64,000 nt of DNA from Craspedostauros australis. Taxonomy: Eukaryota. Under the pieces are notes generated by a model. It was given only the letters and a program-made list of their open reading frames with translations, had not been told where the DNA came from and did not search any database. The translations under genes and the position numbers were made by a program. Shown here piece by piece: positions 11,020 through 21,186 of this stretch. How positions within the stretch are numbered: position 1 is the first letter of the stretch; each line of letters begins with the position of its first letter. The stretch covers positions 1-64,000 of the forward strand of contig JALAGF010001848.1 in assembly GCA_030167865.1 (NCBI GenBank), in the 5' to 3' direction.

Positions 11020-12331
11020 CGTCGACCAAGGTTGTCAGCGAAATCAATGCCGCCACCGTCTTTCAATGATGACACCGCCTGTGATGCTCTTTTTACGATT
11101 GGTGTTATCTGCTACCGATCTGGCGCCAATGTCAACGTGCACGAGCGATCGTGCTCTGATGTACTCGTATGTGACTAAGATTGTGGTGTGGTGTTTGAAG
11201 ATTGGAACTCTTTTCTTTGGCATTCCCTGCTGCTCTCTGACCTTTCTCAGTTCCTCTTCAATGTTGTTGTGGTGATCTTGTGGGTTGATGATGACACCAC
11301 GCCATGGGAAGAGATTTCCAATGATGATGATGTGGTTTGTGTGGTCACCACAGTTGTTGTGGTTGGTGGCGTTGAGACATCACGATCGTGTTTCTTTTTG
11401 TACCAAACGTGTTTGTTCCTTTGAGTCGTACTGTTTTCTAGCTTCGATAGTCTACCCTCATCTTCTTTCGGCTTCCATTTGGTTCTGTTTGTGTTCGTGC
11501 CATCCGCGCCATCTCGTGAAGTACGTACATTCGACTAGTTGTGATCTTTCGAGATGCCGACGCAAGTGGATGCACATCGAAGATGGCGATGCAGAGGAGA
11601 TCAGATGCGGGAGGCCATTGCACTGTTCAGACGGGGGCGTCCTGGTGGAGTCCTCGATTAATCCGGAAGAGCATGATGGAGTGGAACTGAATGGAATGGA
11701 ATAGAATCGCAAGAAAAGGAAACCAAGACAAGGAGTCGTTGCGTCTTTCGCTGCCTCGCTACATGGAGACGCATGACGCAATACTCGCAAGGGGGTGTTC
11801 TACTACATTGCTGAAGCGGAGGGAGTCATGAGCATGGTATGGGCAACAAGCTTGGTTACTTCGCTATAAAGGACTGTATGTAATCCCTTCAATACGAGCA
11901 GTCCGCCTGCCACATACAAGGAATCCCCCGTGTGTTTTTGGGAGAGCACAATTCCTCTCTTGTTCGTCCACCAGCCATCTACTCTAGAGAGTGCTGCAAT
12001 GTGAACAGGCGCTTGCGCAAAGGGAATCTGGTTCGATGCGGTTTGAATCACTCTGGAATACTTCAGAGAAGAGCATGCTGTTTTCTCATGGCGTTCAGTC
12101 ATCCTGCTCGAACATGGTGATGGTTGTGGACGCGTGCCGCATTGTGTTGTGGGTTATGAACGGCAAGAGAAATGAAGGCATTGAAATTTGGCACCAAAGT
12201 ACGTAAGATAAAGCATATCAAAGCAGTTGTCACGATGCGCGATCGATTCATCCAATAACAATAGCAGGCATGGCTATTGGCAAAGCTGTGCTTCGATTGT
12301 CAAGCTTTGGAGATTCATCGTTGAGATCGCG

Positions 12332-14548
12332 TCAACTTACCTCGTCATCGCTGTCATCGGCACTGTCGTCGTCGCTACCATCGGCGCTCTCATCATCATC
12401 GTCATCGTCGTCATCGTCGTCGTCGTCATCGTCATCGTCGCCATTATCATCGTCCTGTAGAAATGCAATGTAATTAGTGTGAGTCAAATGATGGAGAAAC
12501 GTGTTGAGACAGGAGATGAGGAGAGTAGGTGAGCGTTGTTGCTACTGTTGCTTGCATGTTGTGTGTATTCCATGGCTTGCTTCAACAAACAAGCACGCTC
12601 AAGCACGCTGCTCGAGGTGCATATTGTCACACCAGGACGTAATCGCGACCACGTCGTCATTTGATTTGAAAAGGGAATGGCACAACACTTTTCACACGAC
12701 CTTTTGAACTTACGCTGCCGTTCTTTGTTGTCGATGTTGGTAGCAGCTCAGGCTGTTGGGCAACAGAGGATGATCAATTGCAAGTAATCCATATGCCAGA
12801 GTATTGGATGACGTGGTACCATCGTGCATCGTACCACCATGCCAAATGGAGATGGGGGAATGTGAATCAATGGACGGAGTAGAGTAGAGCAGACCAAGTA
12901 TGTTGGATTAGATGACGGGAGGCATGAACGTGCAGTTTCATCATGTACATCATGGACAAGAGCAGTCTGGGATCTGTGAACAAATCTGTGGGCGAAGCCC
13001 AATACAGCTCCCAACCCCAACATGAAACTCGATGCACCAGGCATTGGCAGACACTGGCCGATACTGGCAGACACTGGCAGGCAACTGTATGGTATATCAT
13101 CGAAGGAAGGGGTCGGCAGTAAGTATCTCGTCCTCGTGGTTCGCGCTTACCATTCCTGGGAATTGGGCAGTGCCGTCGGCACCAACATCGTCGTCATCGT
13201 CGTTGCCGAAACCTGGGAAGGTGACGCCTGATGGCGCGTCGCCGGAGAAGGTGATCGTTCCCTCTGGGCTTCCGAATGAAAACTCCAAGAACGGCTCGCC
13301 AACTTCCACCGTCAAGCCGGGGACGCTCTTTAACAGTTCGTGAGCCTTGTGCCCCCCTGGCGCTCGGACGACGAGTGATTTGAGGCCTCCCACCTCTGGG
13401 ATCTTGGTCGTGGGGTGGTCGCTGTTGTGCCAGTCGATGTAGAAGGGGACGCAGCCTCCGATGTTGTGACCGTGCATGTAGAGCATCTCCCACTTCTTGG
13501 GGGAGCCGTCGGAGTTGGTGCCGAACATGGAAATGTGATCAGGTTCCCAGCCGAGGTCGTTGGGGACATAGTCATCCTTCATGTCGGAAAGGTCCCGGCC
13601 GCGGATGGCAAACTGGAACGGGAGCAGCATGCCCTCTTCGAGATCTGCGAGCACTTCCCCAACCGGTCCTGAATTCTTCGGATCCGGGGCGATGATCTCG
13701 ATGTACACATTGTTGTCGAGACCCACGCGCGCGCATTTGGTGCCCAACCCCCGAAGCGCGCCGACGGACTGTGGCTTGATGCCGGTCATGTTTTCGAATT
13801 CCTGCAGGGCCTCCTGGAAGTCCGGGGCTGCCAAGATGATGTGGTCCACGGTGTTGTCTGGCAGGTCTATCTTGTTGCCCGATCCTCCCGCATATTCGTC
13901 ATTTTCATCCTCGTCGTCGCTGTCGTCGCTGGAGAGCGAGTCGTCGGAGTCATCCTCGTTGTCCCAGGTCTCCAGCAGCTCCTTCATTCTGGCGTCCTCA
14001 GAGTTCTCCTCCTCATCGTCGTCGTCATCGTCGTCGCCGCCATCGCTGGTCTTTGCAGGGGCCGAACGGTCTGGCATCTCCTTGGCCACCTCCTCGGGGA
14101 TCTCAATGATGGTCTCGTGCTTGGGTTCATCCTCTCCGCTGCCGGCCTCCTGCTCCTCGTCCCCTCCTTCGGCTGCGGCCTTGGCACGGTTCTTGCGCTT
14201 CTTCTTCTTCTCCTTCCTGTCCTTCTTCTTGCTCTTTTTCTTCTTGTCCTTCTTCTTTTTCTTTTCTTTCTTCTTCTTCTTGTCCTTCTTCTTCTTTTTC
14301 TTCTTGTCTTTCTTCTTCTTCTTCTTTTCGCCGCTGCCCTCGGCTGCTTCTCCCTCGCCGTCTCCATCGCCATCGCCATCGCCGTCCCCGTCGGCGTCGT
14401 CCCCTGCATCCGCGGCATCGTCGTCGTCGTCGTCGTCAGACTCATCGTCAGAATCATCGTCGGACTCGTCGGACGATTGCTCTCTCGTCCAGTTCTCCAT
14501 CATCTCCTTCATGCGCTCGTCATCTGAGTCACCCTCGTTCTCGCTCAT
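12332..14548 (-). CDS. Glyoxalase-like (VOC fold, Glyoxalase_3-type) domain protein with Asp/Glu-rich tracts and a poly-Lys block; multi-exon
   Basis: Main exon 14548-13151 has VDHIILAAPD..LGTK.A..L...YIEIIAPDP...W....VPFYIDW...HP. Donor GTAAGC at 13150. Probable further phase-0 exons at 12752-12714 (39 nt) and 12454-12341 (114 nt, poly-Asp). The 3' end is uncertain: stop at 13097 if unspliced, at 12332 if the last donor is unused, or a terminal exon 11641-11627 (DAPV*). An upstream in-frame ATG exists at 14818. Confidence 0.8.
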
Positions 14549-15331
14549 GGTTGCTGTTGCTCTTGACCTTGCTGCTAATGCTGCTATAGCTGCTGTTGCC
14601 GCTGCCGTTCCTGTGAGTGTTGGTCTCGGTCTTGGTCCTGATGATAGCCTTGTTGCTGTCCCCGTCTGGAGCCTCGGCGTCGCCTGACTGCAGCGCTGTT
14701 TTGCTCTCTGCTCTGCCTGCTGGTATCTCTGTGCCGCACGAGTGAGTATCTTGCCCTGTGGTGGTGTCTGCTTGTTGCTGCTGCTCTTCTCGCGCGTCGG
14801 TGCCGCTCCATTCGCCATCACAGGGACCTCCTCGATGCCTTTTCGCCAGAGAGCGAGAGAGAGACAGCAACGACCCAAAAGCGCCACGACACCAACAGAG
14901 ACACACCAAGACCAGCCAAAACAGCGGAAGGAACAACACAAACACGAAAGGTTCGGATCCAACGCGCACCCAGTCATGCAGAGATACGCCAAAGTCATTT
15001 GTGAAGATACTGACGAACAATGACTGTCGCCACCAGCTGCGACCGGCTCGAACCAATTGAATACTGTGACTAAATCGAATTGGGATATAAGGAATATGAT
15101 AATAATATGCAGTTTATCTGCAACACCAACGTAGTCGGACAACAAAGCAAGAACAGTTGATACCGTGGCGGGCACTGCGTGACTGTCTTGCTCCTGGCAC
15201 CCGCAACACAGGCAATCACCAATCAATCATCGATCTCACATGTACGAGTACGAGCACGGACATCCGTATTCTACGGAAGTACGCTCATAATCGTAGCAGT
15301 CTTACCAGTGCTCTACGAGTACTCTCTCTCT

Positions 15332-17849
15332 CTAGTCAAACTCTTCGACTGTGGGTCCATCCCCCGCGATGTCCTCAAAGTAGGCTTCGTCTTCGCCGTT
15401 GGCTCCCATGTCTGGCATCGCATCGCCGGTGCCACCGTCCGCACCGGATGACGTTTCGTACGCTGCGCGGATGATAGGGTTTGCTAGGTTCTCCACTTCC
15501 TTCTGCTTGGCGTCGTATTCCTCCGTGTCTGCATTCGGGTTGTCCTCCAGCCATACCAGAGTATCTTCGATCTTGTTGGAAAGCTCCTCCTTGTCGCTGT
15601 CGGGGATCTTGTCAGCAAGAGCGTCATTGATCGAGTTCTTGAGGTTGTACAGGTAGGCCTCAAGTTGATTTCTGGCATTGACCTTGTCCTTCTCCTTCTT
15701 GTCCTGTTCGGCGAACTCTTCGGCTTCGGCGACCATCTTCTCGATCTCGTCATCCGAAAGGCGCCCCTTCTCGCTCATGATCGTCAGATCCTGCTGCACG
15801 CCGGTGCCCTTGTCCTGAGCGGCGATGTTCAGGATGCCGTTGGCGTCGACGTCGAAGCTCACCTCGATCTGTGGAACGCCGCGCGGGGCCGGCGGGATCC
15901 CGCTCAGCTCAAACTGTCCCAACAGCCGGTTGTGCTTCGTCATGCCTCGCTCGCCTTCGAATACCTGGATGTTCACGCCTGGTTGGTTGTCAGCGTAGGT
16001 GGAAAAGATCTGGGACTTCTTCACTGGGATGGTGGTGCCACGCTTGATAAGCGGCGTCATCACACCTCCGGCCGTCTCGATTCCCATGGACAGCGATGCG
16101 ACATCCAGCAGCAGCACATCCTTGGTCGCTTCGGCCGCATCTCCACTGAGGATGCCACCCTGCACGGCCGCTCCGTAGGCCTACATGGAGAAGAAGAAGT
16201 GGTATGGAGTGTAGTAAGCGAAAGTGGAACAACATATGCGTTGGGTAACGTATCAGTGTAAGTTGTAATGCAAGACGTGATGCGATGATGAGAAATGGCA
16301 GCAAATGAGCGTGAAATCGTCAAGATGCAGAGTGCGCATCAAGTGCAGAGTATGTTTACAGAGCTAGCGATGTCTCGTAAATGGCAAAGGAGGTCCCGGA
16401 ACACTCACACACACGCGCATGCACACGCGATTACGTGTAGAGTACGGCGGAGCATACGCTCGCACACACACCAACACGAGCCCATAGTCTATGCCAAAAC
16501 ACCATTCAGTGTGTTCCATCAAAAGCGTTGGATCAAACGCAACTTACCACTGCCTCGTCTGGGTTGATTCCCTTGTTCAGCTCCTTGCCTCCGAAGAAGT
16601 CAGACAGCATGTTTTGGATCTTTGGAATGCGCGTGGAACCACCCACCAAGATGATCTGATCGATGTCACCCTTGCTCATCCCACTATCCTTCAGCACCTG
16701 TGTGACTGGGGCCAACGTCTTCTTGAACAGATCGGAGTTGAGCTCTTCAAACTTGGCTCGCGAGATGACAGTGGAGAAGTCCTCCCCCTGCGCCAATGCC
16801 TCGCAATCGATCGTCGCCGACGTTTGCGTCGACAGCGTTCTCTTGGCACCTTCGCATTGCTTGCGAAGTCGCTGCATGGCACGTTTGTCGGCAGAAATAT
16901 CGATCCCCGACTTCCTCTTGAACTGGCTGATGCAGTACGCCATCAGTCTCTGATCGAAGTCCTCACCGCCCAAGTGCGTGTTGCCGGACGTTGCCAGGAC
17001 CTCGAAGACCCCGTTGTCGATGGAAAGGAGGGTGACGTCGAAGGTGCCGCCGCCGAGATCGAACACGAGGATGTTCTCCTCTCTATCCTGCTTGTCCAGA
17101 CCGTAGGCGATCGCCGCGGCTGTTGGTTCGTTGATGACACGCTCGATGGTGAGACCTGCGATTTTGCCCGCGTCCTTCGTCGCCTGTCTCTGCGCATCGT
17201 TGAAATAGGCTGGGACGGTGACCACGGCATGCTTGACTTCCTGACCAAGATAGGACTCCGCGATGTCCTTCATCTTCCGCAGCACCATCCCGCTAATCTC
17301 CTCTGGCGTGTATGTGGTCTTGGAGTGCTTGTCGCCGACGGCCTTGTCGAGCTTCACAACCGGATGGCCATGGCTGTCGTTGGAGATGTCGAACGGCACG
17401 AGTTTCTTGTCGCTCTGCACCGTGCTGTCCTTGTAGTCGCGGCCGATCAGACGCTTGACGTCGAAGAATGTTCCCGTGGGGTTTTGCGAGGCCTGGTTCT
17501 TGGCAGCATCTCCCACCAGACGCGTCCCGTCCTTCAGGAAGGCGACGTACGATGGGGTGATGCGATTTCCCTGCTCGTTGGCGCAGATATCGACGCGGTC
17601 GTTCCTCCAAACTCCGACGCAGGAGTACGTCGTTCCCAGGTCGATGCCAATGCAAGGGCCTGTGATGGGATTGCTGGCGCTGCTGTCGTCGGATGCCCCG
17701 CCTCGGAGGCAGGCGATGTCACGCAATAGAGTCGATGTCTTGCCGGCAACGGATCGGCCTTTGAATGCTGTGATGGATCTGCTGAAGGGACCTGCGTCCA
17801 CAGACAGTACCACCAACGCCGATGCAACACATCCAAGGAAGAACGTCAT
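15332..17849 (-). CDS. HSP70: Hsp70 with a bipartite (signal + transit-like) presequence, probably the periplastid-compartment Hsp70; 2 exons, ~716 aa
   Basis: Exons 17849-16548 and 16180-15332 (GTAAGT...TAG intron) join as [15 protein letters not shown]. Motifs [50 protein letters not shown]-terminus is GPTVEEFD, with no KDEL/HDEL. Confidence 0.95.
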
Positions 17850-18858
17850 CGTGTCGCGTCTCGGTGTTCCGCGCTCCTGGGGGGCTTCTGTTGTTTTGTT
17901 GGTTGGTTGGTTGATTGGTTGTTTTGTTGGTTGATTAATTGGTTGGTTAGTTTGAGATTTGTTGGTATAGCTCGTGCTCTATCGCAGAAATTTGTGGCAT
18001 TCCCCCTTGGGTGATGGGACAAGCAGTGTGCGAGCGTGGTAACTGCAATGTTTGTGAGCGTGTGTGCCTCGTGTTTTCGTGATGGGTCTTCTCATCCTCT
18101 TCGTCGAAGATCTTGGTGGATCTGCGCCTGGTTTCAGAATGTTCCACGCGGAACTCTTCCCCTTTCCTGGAAGGAAAACCTACGCTGAATCCCTCCGTGT
18201 GGGAATGTTCCAGGTCGTGGCTTGTATCATGGCAGCCCTCTTGGGAAGTTGTCACGTTGCAATGACCGAGCAGACTCAACGGTACTCTGTTGCATTGTGG
18301 TGTAGTCGTATCATGGTCACATTATATTCTACATAATACGAGTACGTATGGTACGACGAGTAGTACTCGCATGAATGTGTGAACCAAGCGTATTCGTACA
18401 GAGTTGAGAAGTATTCGGACATGTTTGGTTGAGCAGATAGATAGAGTTCCAAACAAGACAAGGCGAGGTGCTCTGCAGATTCAGATTGAGCACGGCGCCA
18501 TGAGTGGGATCATACTTGAGACATGGCACATTGGGACCGTCTACAGGATGTTGACCGCAGAGCCGGAGTTCTCAAATGCATCCTGCTACGAGTATTAGTG
18601 ATATGGAAAGCTACGAGTAGGGTGGGCTGATCAACATGTGCCATGCGTACTTCAGTCATCGACGTGAGCAGTCTGCATCACAGGATACATAGAGGCATGC
18701 GACTCCATACGTTCGTTTGTGCATCCGAGTCTGCGCTTTGTGCTGGGCCAGATGTGTTGAGCTACGCCCACTGCGCATTCATGATCCCACGGCAACACAA
18801 AGGAGTTTGCAAGATCTCATTCACACAGTGCTCAGATCTAGAAATCCAGATCTGGTGA

Positions 18859-20382
18859 TCAGCGGGCTCCTGGGGCACCGCCAACACCCTTGACGTAAGC
18901 GATCTGTCGGGTCTTCAGTGGGCTCCACTTCCAACGCTTGTAGTATCCGACGGAAAGGACCAAGAAGGCGACAACGGTGAGGTACTTGCAGGCATTCTTC
19001 TTGCGGTCCTCGGTCTCTGGCTCGGAGGTCCAGTTGAGGAACTGCGCAATATCGCGGGCTTGCTGCGAGACAGTGGCTTCAGTTCCATCCTCGTACTCCA
19101 CGCCGCCATCGGAAAGCGGTGGTGGCATGGAGATGGCGCCGCCGGGGAAGTATGGGTTGTAGTACAGACCTGCCATCATTTCCTTGCCGGCTGGTGCCTC
19201 GCAGTATCCCGTGAGGAGGGCGAAGACGTAGTCCAGACCGTTGTGTCGGGCCTTGACCATCAGACTGAGGTCAGGTGGGTAGGCACCGCCGTTGGCTGCG
19301 CGTCCTGCCTCCTTGTTTGCGTAAGGGCTTGGGATGGTGTCGTATGGCTTTCCTGGGCGCTCGAACATCTCTCCCTCTCCGTTTGGTCCGTCAAGGACGT
19401 CGACATCCTTGGCCATCTGCTTCACCTCCTCCGTGGTGTGTGTGACGCCAACCAACTCACGGAATCGGATGTACTCGAGGGAGTGGCAACTGGCGCAGAC
19501 CTCACGGTAGACCTGGAATCCACGTCGCAGGGCTGCGTGATCGAAAGAGGAGAAGTAACCACTGTGGCGCCATGGGTAATGTGGTGCGTGGACGACATCC
19601 TCCTCATCCAAGAATGTGACGGTTGCAGTGGAAGCAGCAACAGTTGCTGCGGCAACTGCGTACGCTGCTGGTCCGTTCTTGCGGATCTGCTCACGAGCAT
19701 GCCCGAGATTTGGATCAAGTGCGGAGTGCAGCAGAGTAGAATAGAGTAGAGCAGAGCAGAGTAGTGAAGTATGCGATCCGGTGTCGTGCATGAAATTGAA
19801 TGTGTGAGCGAGGCAAAGTGTTGGTCAGGAAGATGAATCGTCAATCATCAATCATCAGCCATCGATGGCCAATCGCCATTCGTGATGCATCAGGGACGAA
19901 GTCCAGCGCAATCGAGATGGAGGAATCCGCAGTATTGGCTCTTCAGTTCAGCCAAGCGACGCGCAATGAGAGGGGTTGTCTGTCGACGCCTACTGCTGCC
20001 CACAGCGGCATGCTCCAACACGCAACTCGGGGTGAGGCCAAAGTTGAAGCTCATATTGAATCCGCCGCTTCATCCATTGCCGCATGCGATTGCTGACGCC
20101 CATTGGATGGCAGCGCTGATCAAAGCCCGAAATGGCAATGCGCGATAGTGGTCCGATCCAGATGTTCAACTTTGCCGACGTGAACAGTGCTGTACCATAG
20201 ATCGTACTCGTGCGTGAACGGCACAAAAACGAAGCCAAACCAAACTCTGGCCAGACCCACTGAGGAACCATTCAGCATGCCGATTCACAAACGTCGTCGT
20301 TGCCGTTGCCGTTGCCATTGCCAACGTCTGCATCATTACGCAGTCTTGTCGCACTCACCAAACCTGGAAGACGTGTGAACAT
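18859..20382 (-). CDS. CYC1: Mitochondrial cytochrome c1 (complex III); 2 exons, ~283 aa
   Basis: Exon 1 20382-20359 (MFTRLPGL, donor GTGAGT); exon 2 19686-18859 (acceptor CAG). Contains RRGFQVYREVCASCH (CxxCH heme motif), ANGGAYPPDLSL, YNPYFPGGAISMPPPL, and a C-terminal TM helix followed by KRWKWSPLKTR. Confidence 0.96.
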
Positions 20383-21186
20383 GGTGGATCGGTTGCCTCA
20401 GTTGTGCTGTGATGTGATGTGCTGGACAGATGATGACGAAAGCAGGAAACGTCCCTGTATCATTGTCGCTGCCTGTTTTGCCTGCGTCGGGTGTCGTTGC
20501 ATACGTTGTTGCCTTGTGCCTTTTTTCGCCGCAGTTGCTTCTTCTCGTTTTTGCTGTTGGTGCCGATACATACGCTGTTTCGCCACTGTGGAGTGCGTGA
20601 ATAACAGCGTATTCTCTGTCGCCAACGGTTTTGCGTGGCCCCAGAAGCTAATCAAGTACCTATTGAAGCCATTTCGCTGCATCTGGTGAATTCTGTGGTG
20701 CTGAGTTTGACCTGCGAAAAAGACAAAAACCGAACAGAACAGGAGAAATCTGAAAACTCAAAATGAAACTACGCGCACTGGAGTAGAAGGAGCAGTCAAG
20801 CAGAGGGCAGCAGGGCCCTCGTCCCTCCCCAAGTGTCCGCATGCGCATGATGTGTGAGTATAGTAGTCTGAAACAGGATGTCCTGCTCCATTCTGTGTGC
20901 GTGGTTCCCTTCTCCGTCCCAAGGAGTACGTGCCTCTCAGATCAGCATGGAGGAAATCAGAGCAGAGCGGAGCAAGCACTCTGGATTTAACTTGGTCTTT
21001 CTACGGATATGTCGTTTTCATCTCTCTTTATCAGTTCTTGGAGTGCAAATACTGTTGTTCGTCTGTGGAACTGCTGGCATTGGTGTGGTCGGTGTTGTCG
21101 CTGCCGTTGTCTCTATCGATGCTGTCGATCATGATGATGATGATGAGCACGCTTGGGTATGGCCAAGAAAAGCCGTCAAAGATTGT

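Noticed and set aside
13044-13084. Imperfect ~10-nt tandem repeat (TGGCAGACAC-like)
   Set aside because: An ordinary intronic or UTR minisatellite with no spacer structure; not CRISPR-like.
14549-15226. Long N-terminal extension of the 709 aa ORF call
   Set aside because: The extension has low-complexity, UTR-like composition. ATG 14548 is in good context (ACCATG) and begins the acidic domain. ATG 14818 cannot be excluded.
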